Source: an uncultured Methanobrevibacter sp. (GTDB lineage: Archaea; Methanobacteriota; Methanobacteria; Methanobacteriales; Methanobacteriaceae). From it: 32,000 nucleotides of DNA. The DNA is taken from contig CAMNJW010000004.1 in NCBI GenBank assembly GCA_946541845.1, positions 2,837-34,836 on the forward strand. Direction: 5' to 3'. Both the position numbers and the translations under genes were made by a program. The notes beneath the pieces were generated by a model. The model saw only the letters and a program-made list of their open reading frames with translations, searched no databases and was not told where the DNA came from. Numbering within the stretch: position 1 is the stretch's first letter; the number at the start of each line of letters is the position of its first letter. Below are positions 19,374 to 26,753 of the stretch, piece by piece.

Positions 19374-20525
19374 ATGAAATATTTTATAAGATATGGAGAA
19401 ATAGGAGTAAAAAGTCCGAAAATTAGAAGGAAATTTGAAAATAAACTTATTTCCAATATACAAAGCGAATTAAAGTGTAGTTTTGAAAATGATCAGGGCA
19501 GAATAACAATCGTTACTGATGAAAGTGATGAAAAAGTTCAGGATGTTCTTGGAAGAGTATTTGGTATTGTATCATACAGCCCTGTAAAAGAAACCAGAAC
19601 CGATAAACAGGAAATTAGTGATTTGATTAACGAAATTTTACCGGAAGTTATCAAAAAGGGCAAATTTGATCCAAAAACTGATAGTTTTGCTGTGAGATGT
19701 AGACGTGTTGGAAAACATGATTTTTCCAGTCAAGAAATGGCAGCTTATGCGGGTTCGGTTGTGATAGATGCTACAGATGCTAAAGTTAATTTGTCAAATC
19801 CTGATTTTACGTTGTATGTTGAAGTAAGAGAAGATAAGACTTTCATATATCATGAAAAAATTAAGGGTCTTGGAGGATTACCTGTGGGTAGTCAGGGAAA
19901 GGTAATTTGTTTAATATCCGGAGGAATAGATTCTCCAGTAGCAGCATTCCAGCTTTTAAAAAGAGGATGTTCAATTACATTATTACACTGTGACAATTAC
20001 CCCTTTACTGAAGGTTCTGTAGAAAAAGTTCTTAAAAATGCAGATAACCTCAGAAGATATTCTCTGGGAGAAGAAGTGAAAGTCTATTCTGTTAAATTTG
20101 GAAAATATCTTCAGCATGTTCAAAATGAGGCCCCTCCTAGAATGACTTGTGTACTGTGTAAAAGCGGTATGTATCAAATAGCATCCATGCTTGCAAAACG
20201 GGAGAAAGCCCATGCCATTGTTGATGGAAGTAGTATTGGTCAAGTTGCTTCACAAACCCTCAACAATATAGAAGTAACAAGATATCATTGTAAAATGCCG
20301 ATTTTCAGTCCATTAATCAGTATGGATAAGATTGAAATTGAAGAAATCGGTAAAAAAATAGGCACTTATGAAGTATCAATATTACCTGACAGTGGATGTA
20401 GTGCAGTTCCAAGATATCCTGAAACACATGCCGATTTGGAATTATTCAAAAAGGTTGTTGAGGATATAAATCAGGAAAAAGTTTTAGAGGATACAGCTGA
20501 AAGCTTTGAAAGAATAGACCTTTAA
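19374..20525 (+). CDS. thiI: tRNA sulfurtransferase ThiI (THUMP + PP-loop, no rhodanese domain)
   Basis: N-terminal YGEIGVKS, a THUMP region, and the PP-loop ISGGIDSPVAA are present. CVLC (Cys codons 20148-20150 and 20157-20159) plus a Cys 80 residues downstream (DSGCS) match the archaeal Fe-S type ThiI. The alternative GTG start at 19362 would overlap the upstream stop by 4 nt. Confidence 0.9.
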   Translation: MKYFIRYGEIGVKSPKIRRKFENKLISNIQSELKCSFENDQGRITIVTDESDEKVQDVLGRVFGIVSYSPVKETRTDKQEISDLINEILPEVIKKGKFDPKTDSFAVRCRRVGKHDFSSQEMAAYAGSVVIDATDAKVNLSNPDFTLYVEVREDKTFIYHEKIKGLGGLPVGSQGKVICLISGGIDSPVAAFQLLKRGCSITLLHCDNYPFTEGSVEKVLKNADNLRRYSLGEEVKVYSVKFGKYLQHVQNEAPPRMTCVLCKSGMYQIASMLAKREKAHAIVDGSSIGQVASQTLNNIEVTRYHCKMPIFSPLISMDKIEIEEIGKKIGTYEVSILPDSGCSAVPRYPETHADLELFKKVVEDINQEKVLEDTAESFERIDL

Positions 20526-20554
20526 CCTCCAACAATTATTTTTTTTGTGGTTTT

Positions 20555-20803
20555 ATGAATTTGAAAGAAGAATTGTTATCTAATAAACATAAGATACATA
20601 CAACCCAATTAGGTATTGGAAGAATTAAAAACAATCTGGGATTATCGATAGATGATGTTGTAGAGTACTGTGTTAATATAATTGAAAATGAGAACAGTAC
20701 CGTAATTAAAAAAGGTAAAAATTATTATGTGAATTTAAAAAATACTGAACTTACTATTAATTCATCCAGTTTTACTATTATTACTGCCCATTTAAAAAAG
20801 TAA
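20555..20803 (+). CDS. Small DUF3781-like protein
   Basis: 82 aa. The pattern TTQLGIGRIKNNL...KKGKNYYV...LTINSSSFTIITAH matches my memory of the DUF3781 consensus (RIkkNL...GKNwY...vNaxSyTIITAH). This recognition is from memory only. Confidence 0.6.
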   Translation: MNLKEELLSNKHKIHTTQLGIGRIKNNLGLSIDDVVEYCVNIIENENSTVIKKGKNYYVNLKNTELTINSSSFTIITAHLKK

Positions 20804-20812
20804 TGGACAAAG

Positions 20813-22033
20813 TTATAACTTTTTGTCCAAATATTGTCCTAATCTTCTTGATAATGCAAGAATAGTGTATATTGGCGGTAAACCCGGTGCCTTAGGTAAT
20901 ACTGACCCGTCAGCTACATAGAGGTTTTTTATTTCTGTTTCTAAATTGCTGTCAACCACATCTCCTATTCTGGCAGATGCTATTAAGTGTGCTCCCCTCA
21001 CATGGGTTGAGGATATACTTTCAATATCTGCCCCTGCTTTTACAAGGATGTTTCCTGCAATTGCAGCTCCTCTTGCAAGTAATGATGCATCTTCAAAGTC
21101 TATACCTTTTTCCACTTCATTCAGATAAACATGACCCTTAAGGTTATCTGGAATCTTTATCATGAAACTGATAATGTCATCTACGGTTGCATCAGGATGT
21201 GTTTCCTGTATTTTTGGCAATAGGAACTGGCTTGTATGTGATGCAATAACAATATGTGGCAATTTTATGAATTTGTTCATTTGAATTTCATTGTCCTGTC
21301 TTGCACCCTTTAAGTATCCTCCAACAGTTATGAAAGGATCTACTGAAAAAGTTTCACCCGCCTTAATTCCTGCAGTTCTTAATAATTTTGGTGTAATCAT
21401 ACCACCCGCAGCTAAAACAACAATGTCGGCATAGTATTGATTTCCCTGATCTGTTTTAACACCCTTAATTTCATTGTTTTGTGTTATTAAACCAGTCACT
21501 CCCTCGTTTGTTATTAATTTAACGCCGTTTTTCTGGGCAACCTCCCAATCTTTCAAACTATCCCATTTGGCTCCATGAGGACAACCCCATGCACATTTAC
21601 CACATTGTTTACATTTGGATGGATTTATTGCCTTTGGCATGTCCTGCATGTCCAAACCCAATTGAGTAGCTGCATCATACAATAATTTATTGATTTTACC
21701 TTCATGACTTTTAGGCATTGTCTGAATACCTATTTCATCCTTTAGTTGTTCCAGTTGAGGAGTTATGTCTATATCATATTCTTTTAATTCATCAACAAGA
21801 GAGGGTACGAAATTTCCTGCTATTACTAAGGATGATCCTCCAACAACATTCGTTTTGATTAATTCCATTTCATTTTTATCCCATACATCATAAAATTTGT
21901 ATGCTTCTGATGCATCAGCCAATGGTCCTTTCTCCAGGATTGTTATGTTAACATTAGAATTTTTAGATAGTTCTCTTGCAACACTCAAACCGCCAGTTCC
22001 GGCACCGACAATAATTACTTCTTTCATAAACAT
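20813..22033 (-). CDS. FAD-dependent oxidoreductase, GMC-like, with an inserted ferredoxin-type 4-Cys motif
   Basis: 406 aa. The N-terminus VIIVGAGTGGLSVA is an FAD Rossmann motif. CKQCGKCAWGCP (21581-21613) matches CX2CX2CX3CP. The C-terminal LYVADGSVLP is like GMC_oxred_C. ATG 22031-22033 abuts the upstream TAG (22034-22036). Confidence 0.75.
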   Translation of the reverse strand: MFMKEVIIVGAGTGGLSVARELSKNSNVNITILEKGPLADASEAYKFYDVWDKNEMELIKTNVVGGSSLVIAGNFVPSLVDELKEYDIDITPQLEQLKDEIGIQTMPKSHEGKINKLLYDAATQLGLDMQDMPKAINPSKCKQCGKCAWGCPHGAKWDSLKDWEVAQKNGVKLITNEGVTGLITQNNEIKGVKTDQGNQYYADIVVLAAGGMITPKLLRTAGIKAGETFSVDPFITVGGYLKGARQDNEIQMNKFIKLPHIVIASHTSQFLLPKIQETHPDATVDDIISFMIKIPDNLKGHVYLNEVEKGIDFEDASLLARGAAIAGNILVKAGADIESISSTHVRGAHLIASARIGDVVDSNLETEIKNLYVADGSVLPKAPGLPPIYTILALSRRLGQYLDKKL

Positions 22034-22759
22034 CTACTTCCCGTTTCTTTTCTTTCTGTTTTTTGCCTTTTGAATTGGAGTCATATACAACAATTCTTTT
22101 TTTTCTTTTTTATTTAATGAATTTGCATCAAATGAATAGTCTTTATTCCTGTTGAATGAGTTATCCTCATACGAATAATCATGATTAGGATTAAATGAAT
22201 TGTCCTCATAATAATAATCATCATTTCTATTGAATGAATAATCATCATAGGAATAGTCACGATTACCATTAAATGAATTGTTATTGTATGAATATTCAGG
22301 ACGTCTATTGAAAGAATCTGTTATAATCGTATCGGAATCCTTTTCTTCTTTGAAATAATGTTCATCCGTACCTTTCCCCATGAGTTTTTCAAATAATCTT
22401 TTAAGCATGAGTCCTATTACGGAAAAGATACCGCATACCACTATTGTTATTATTACTGGAATTATCCACCCCATAAGTAGGTTGGAGTATACTGTTGCTG
22501 TTGAAACCGTTATAGGAATACTTTCTCTAGGCATATAGTTTATTAAAAACAAGCTTGAAGGATAAGTTATTATATAACTTAAAGTTGCGTATAGTATTCC
22601 TGTGAATACTGCACTTTTTTTACTTCCGCAAATTATGGGCATGATAATACCTATGGCAAGGAGTATTGTGAAATAGTTTACACCCATCCTAGTTACATGT
22701 ATAGCTAATATCGCCACAATTAGAATACTTAATTTTTTTAATATGTTCATCAAAGTCAT
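22034..22759 (-). CDS. Membrane protein (about 4 TM) with a C-terminal Tyr/Asn/Asp-rich tandem-repeat tail and a basic terminus
   Basis: 241 aa. There are four hydrophobic spans in residues 10-120. Residues 149-216 are SFNxNxDYSYxxN units, and the protein ends with KKEKKELLYMTPIQKAKNRKKRNGK. I recognised no family. Confidence 0.6.
   Translation of the reverse strand: MTLMNILKKLSILIVAILAIHVTRMGVNYFTILLAIGIIMPIICGSKKSAVFTGILYATLSYIITYPSSLFLINYMPRESIPITVSTATVYSNLLMGWIIPVIITIVVCGIFSVIGLMLKRLFEKLMGKGTDEHYFKEEKDSDTIITDSFNRRPEYSYNNNSFNGNRDYSYDDYSFNRNDDYYYEDNSFNPNHDYSYEDNSFNRNKDYSFDANSLNKKEKKELLYMTPIQKAKNRKKRNGK
22113..22320 (-). repeat. In-frame degenerate 39-bp (13-aa) tandem repeat, about 5.3 copies
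   Basis: The plus-strand motif TT(G/A/T)AA(T/A)GA(A/G)T recurs at 22113, 22152, 22191, 22230, 22269 and 22308, at exact 39-nt phasing. The encoded units are SFNRRPEYSYNNN, SFNGNRDYSYDDY, SFNRNDDYYYEDN, SFNPNHDYSYEDN, SFNRNKDYSFDAN and SLNKK. Confidence 0.85.
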
Positions 22760-22926
22760 TAATTTTTCCTTCCGATTTACAAGTTTTATTTGTCAATTAT
22801 ATATAGTTATTTATTATAAATAAATTAAATATTTTGTTTTACAAACCTAATAATAACTAATATTGGAAGGGGATTATAATTAAATTCAAAAGCATAGAAT
22901 ATCCTAGTAATGAAGATGCATACAAT

Positions 22927-23634
22927 GTGATTCAGGAGGGCTTTGATAAAAAGGCAATGCTGCTTATTTTATCCAAATGTCATGTTGAATATGAAGGCCG
23001 AGCCCGCAGTATCCTTGAATCCGGAGACCGGTTGATATTAATTAAAAAGGATGGAACTTTTGCCATTCATCAGGAATTAAATTTGGATCCTGTTAACTGG
23101 CAGGCTCCCGGTTGTAAGAATAAGGTTTCTTTGACTGATGAAGGAATAATATTAACCAGTAAAAAAATCAAACCTAATGAAGAGATTAAGGTCTTCCTGG
23201 ATGAAGTGTATAATGTAACCTATTACAACTGTCTGGATACCAAAGATCTGGAGATAAGAGGTTATGAAAAACACATGGTTGATCTTGCATGGGAAAAACC
23301 TGAACTTATAGAAAAAGGATTCAGACCTACCCGAAGAGAATATCAGACAGAAAATGGTTTTATCGATTTGATGGGAACAGATTCCGAAGAAAAATTAATG
23401 ATATTGGAATTTAAAAGTAGAAAAGCCGGAATGAATGCTGTTAAACAATTAAAAAGATATGTTGATTGCTTTAAAGACAATAAAGAATTTGTTAGAGGTA
23501 TAATTGTAGCTCCAGACATTACCTTAAATGCTAAAGAAGAATTAGAATCATTACAGATGGAGTTTATAGCCATGGAAGCTCCTTTAAACTTAATTAAAGA
23601 CAATGCTTCAACATTAGACTCGTTCTTTAAATAA
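22927..23634 (+). CDS. nucS: Endonuclease NucS / EndoMS (mismatch-specific RecB-like nuclease)
   Basis: The N-terminal domain has SKCHVEYEGRARSILESGDRLILIKKDGTFAIHQ...VNWQAPG. The C-terminal RecB-like nuclease has GFIDLMGTD...LMILEFKSRKAG...QLKRYV. The coordinates use the first canonical start, GTG 22927. The frame is open from 22861 and the true start may lie upstream (see findings). Confidence 0.9.
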   Translation: MIQEGFDKKAMLLILSKCHVEYEGRARSILESGDRLILIKKDGTFAIHQELNLDPVNWQAPGCKNKVSLTDEGIILTSKKIKPNEEIKVFLDEVYNVTYYNCLDTKDLEIRGYEKHMVDLAWEKPELIEKGFRPTRREYQTENGFIDLMGTDSEEKLMILEFKSRKAGMNAVKQLKRYVDCFKDNKEFVRGIIVAPDITLNAKEELESLQMEFIAMEAPLNLIKDNASTLDSFFK

Positions 23635-23648
23635 AGAAAAAAAAGAGA

Positions 23649-24074
23649 TTACATTAAAAATTCATAATCCTCCCCATTTATACTTAAAAGTATTGCATCA
23701 ACGATACATGCAGTATTCCATCCAACCACCTTGGTGGCAACATCCTGCAAATCTTCAGGAATTTCTTCGGCACCGTATGGTCTGATGATGATAATTGCTT
23801 TTTCAAATGTCTGAGCATATCTTATGTGCTCACCAATAATTTGCTTATCACTTTCCCACAAACCAGATAAAACAATCAACGCATCACAATCGGCAATGGC
23901 CTCTGCATAACCTTCCTGGGAAACATCAGTTATGTCCTCCCATTTAAAAGCCTCTGTTGCTGACTCCAATCGTGACATGAAAGTATTGTAATCTTCACAA
24001 TCCTTTGGATAAGATATGAATAATTTCCATTTTTTTACATCATCTTCCGGGAATAAATCTAACAAGAAAATCAA
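23649..24074 (-). CDS. MTH538-type TIR-like domain protein (DUF1863 / PF08937 family)
   Basis: 141 aa. KLFISYPKD, CDALIVLSGLWESD, KAIIIIRPYGAEEIPEDL and VVGWNTACIVDAI parallel the M. thermautotrophicus MTH538 sequence as I recall it (...VIVLAGLWGTRRDE...KPIITVRPYGLENVPPEL...VVGWN...). This is recognition from memory, not a search. Confidence 0.65.
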   Translation of the reverse strand: MIFLLDLFPEDDVKKWKLFISYPKDCEDYNTFMSRLESATEAFKWEDITDVSQEGYAEAIADCDALIVLSGLWESDKQIIGEHIRYAQTFEKAIIIIRPYGAEEIPEDLQDVATKVVGWNTACIVDAILLSINGEDYEFLM

Positions 24075-24334
24075 TCCTCCAGTAACGCATTGCGTTCAAC
24101 TTCTATTTCTTCACCAGTATCCTCATCATATAAAGTAAAACAATCGTTTGGACAGATACTTGCAGATGTTTCTATTTCATATATTGATTTAACTAATCCT
24201 TCAACAACATCATCATCCACAAATCCCCCCTCCATGTTCACCAGTTTTTGATCATCAAGAAACAATATTTGTGAAGGCTTTGTACATGCACCACAACCTC
24301 TACAATTAGCCCTGTCTATTTCAACTTCTATCAT
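24071..24334 (-). CDS. Small single-cluster ferredoxin
   Basis: 87 aa. NCRGCGACTK...SICPNDC gives CX2CX2C...CP, as in Pyrococcus/Thermotoga-type mono-cluster ferredoxins. The C-terminus is acidic. Its stop overlaps the downstream ATG within ATGA at 24071-24074. Confidence 0.8.
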   Translation of the reverse strand: MIEVEIDRANCRGCGACTKPSQILFLDDQKLVNMEGGFVDDDVVEGLVKSIYEIETSASICPNDCFTLYDEDTGEEIEVERNALLED

Positions 24335-24414
24335 TTATTTCACCTATTTTTTTACTTCTTATTAGTTATTTGTATAACTATAAAAATATAAATTATTATT
24401 TATATGGTGATAAT

Positions 24415-25245
24415 ATGAAAAAATTAAGTATTGCAAGTTGCCAAATGAATGTTGTGGATGACAAGGAAAAGAATGTGGAACATGCTGTGGAATTAATTAA
24501 CGAAGCATCATCCAATAATGTCGATTTAATTACATTACCTGAGATGTTCAACACACCATACTCAAATGACAAATTTATTGAAAATTCTGAAAAGGAAAAG
24601 GACAGCTATACCTTAAAGGCCATGTGTGAAGTAGCCAGGGAGAATGACATTTATTTACAGGCAGGTTCCATAGCTGAAAGAGATGATGAAAGAATTTACA
24701 ATACAGCTTATTTTATTGACAACAATGGAAAAATACTGGATAAACACCGAAAAATGCACATGTTTGACATTGACACCGAAAGCATGAAATTCACTGAATC
24801 CGAAACCCTTAGTCCTGGAAATAAGATTACCAGCATAAAAACGCCCCTTGCAAATATTTCCATTGCAATTTGTTATGACATACGATTTAATCAAATGTGG
24901 ACATTGATGAATGATTCCGACATAATACTGTTACCTGGTGCGTTTAATAAAACTACCGGGCCGTTACACTGGGAAACATTGATTAGAGCAAGAGCAATAG
25001 ACAATCAAACTTATGTGGTTGCAACATCACCCAGCCAAGTTGAAAACCCATACTATGTTGCATGGGGACATTCCATGATTGTTGATCCATGGGGAAAAAT
25101 ATTGTCCAAAGCCCATGAAAAAGAGGAAATTCTATATGCCACTTTGACACCGGAATCCATTAATTCGGTACGACAACAAATCCCAATACTTAAAAATAAA
25201 AGAAATGACATTTACGAGACAATATATAAAAAAAATAAAAATTAG
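24415..25245 (+). CDS. Carbon-nitrogen hydrolase (nitrilase superfamily, Nit2/omega-amidase-like)
   Basis: The Glu-Lys-Cys triad contexts are present: LITLPEMFNTPY, HRKMHMFD and IAICYDIRF. ATG 24415 is preferred over TTG 24370 because a GGTGAT Shine-Dalgarno at 24406-24411 lies 3 nt upstream. Confidence 0.88.
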   Translation: MKKLSIASCQMNVVDDKEKNVEHAVELINEASSNNVDLITLPEMFNTPYSNDKFIENSEKEKDSYTLKAMCEVARENDIYLQAGSIAERDDERIYNTAYFIDNNGKILDKHRKMHMFDIDTESMKFTESETLSPGNKITSIKTPLANISIAICYDIRFNQMWTLMNDSDIILLPGAFNKTTGPLHWETLIRARAIDNQTYVVATSPSQVENPYYVAWGHSMIVDPWGKILSKAHEKEEILYATLTPESINSVRQQIPILKNKRNDIYETIYKKNKN

Positions 25246-25278
25246 TGGAAAAAAGGGATTGGAGATTATACTATTTTT

Positions 25279-25860
25279 TTAACTTTTTTTCTTTTTTGGT
25301 TTTGGATCTATTTTTTTAAGAGCTTTGTTTGCTACTTTTTTGAATTCTTTATCACCGGTAGCTGCCCTTCTAGCCTTTTTAATAGGATCTATTGCTTTTT
25401 CATCCCCAATATCACCTAAAGCTTTTGTTGCTGAAGTTCTTACTCCCCAATCATCATCAGTAAGTAACTCAATTATAGGATCTACTGCTGTCTTTACTTC
25501 CATTTCACCCAATGCTTTAGCTGCAAACTTTCTTATTGCAAAATCTTCAGAACTTAATGCATCAATAAGTTCTTGTGCTACGGTGTCATCACCAATATCC
25601 TTTAAGGCCAGAATAGCATATTTTTGAACAGATGGGTTATCAGAACTTAAAGCTGTTATTAATGGTTTGATTGACTCTGTTCCTATTTCTGCCAAGGATT
25701 TTGCAGCCTGGAATCTTACATGCGGATTTTTATCTGTGAATGTGTCTATTAATAATGGAATTCCTTCTTCAGGATATTCAATCAGGTCTTTACATGCTTC
25801 TTGTCTTACTTCATAGTTTTCATCGGCAAGCTTTTCTTCAATTGCAATCATATCTGTCAT
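25279..25860 (-). CDS. HEAT-repeat (PBS-lyase HEAT-like) protein with a Lys-rich tail
   Basis: 193 aa. There are five or six repeats of the type xxVRxxAAKALGxIG ([59 protein letters not shown]). The protein ends with [12 protein letters not shown]. Confidence 0.8.
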   Translation of the reverse strand: MTDMIAIEEKLADENYEVRQEACKDLIEYPEEGIPLLIDTFTDKNPHVRFQAAKSLAEIGTESIKPLITALSSDNPSVQKYAILALKDIGDDTVAQELIDALSSEDFAIRKFAAKALGEMEVKTAVDPIIELLTDDDWGVRTSATKALGDIGDEKAIDPIKKARRAATGDKEFKKVANKALKKIDPKPKKKKS

Positions 25861-26006
25861 AATAATTATTCCCTTTGTATCCCCATAGGATACTTCTATG
25901 GTTATATATCTATTAAAAAGTACTTAATAATATTATTTATAAAATTCTTTTGTCATAAAAAAATGAAATAATATATTTTAACAATTTGTTTTAACAAAAT
26001 ATTATT

Positions 26007-26741
26007 ATGAATTTATCTACTGAAATATATGGTGCCCAAATAATCAACAAGGCCTTGAAAATTGATGATACACTCATCATATCCGATTTACATTTCGGTT
26101 ATGAAACATCCCTGAACAGTCAGGGTTTAATGATTCCCCAATACCAGTTTGACAAGGTTATAGATTCACTTGATGCCATTCAGGAAAAGGCAAATGCGGA
26201 TAAAATAATACTTAACGGAGACATCAAACATAACTTCGGCAGCATCAGCAAACAGGAATGGAAAGAGGTTTTGAGTTTTATTGATTATTTGTCAGATATT
26301 TATGTAGATATCAAAGTTATTAAAGGAAATCACGATAATTTCACCCAATATATCTTAAACAAGAGAGATATCATACTGGAAGATGAAATTACTATGGGAA
26401 AATACTTTATAACACACGGACACAATATTCCAAAAAGCATTCCGGAAGATATTGAAACGATTATAATAGGCCATGAACATCCATGCATAGGTATTCGTAA
26501 TCAGGAACGTGTGGAAAAGGTTAAAACGTTTTTAAAGGGAAGCTGGAATGATTACAATCTAATTGTCACACCCTCTTTTAACCACATCAGTCATGGTTCC
26601 GATGTTTTACATGAAAAAACCATTTCACCCTTTATTGGTGACATTTTAAGTTTTGAAGCATATGCTGTTGAGGGTGATGAAGTATTTGACTTTGGTACTA
26701 TAAGGGACATTCTACATGTAGAAAGAGATGAAAATTATTAA
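26007..26741 (+). CDS. Binuclear metallophosphoesterase, SbcD/Mre11-related (MJ0037/MPE-like)
   Basis: 244 aa. The calcineurin-like motifs are in order: ISDLHFGYE, LNGDIKHNF, GNHDNF, THGH and GHEHP. Confidence 0.85.
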   Translation: MNLSTEIYGAQIINKALKIDDTLIISDLHFGYETSLNSQGLMIPQYQFDKVIDSLDAIQEKANADKIILNGDIKHNFGSISKQEWKEVLSFIDYLSDIYVDIKVIKGNHDNFTQYILNKRDIILEDEITMGKYFITHGHNIPKSIPEDIETIIIGHEHPCIGIRNQERVEKVKTFLKGSWNDYNLIVTPSFNHISHGSDVLHEKTISPFIGDILSFEAYAVEGDEVFDFGTIRDILHVERDENY

Positions 26742-26753
26742 GAGGATGAAAAC

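Noticed and set aside
23649-24074. The TIR-like gene considered as part of a Thoeris anti-phage system.
   Set aside because: No ThsA-type effector (SIR2, SLOG, Macro or TM) is adjacent or anywhere in the window. The neighbours are core genes, and the protein resembles the conserved MTH538 lineage. It is kept as a finding only as an unexplained ferredoxin-coupled pair, not as Thoeris.
24370-24414. TTG 24370 start for the C-N hydrolase, which would give the N-terminal extension MYNYKNINYYLYGDN.
   Set aside because: The extension is AT-driven low complexity. ATG 24415 is preceded by a GGTGAT Shine-Dalgarno at good spacing, and the family N-terminus (KLSIASCQMN) begins right after it.
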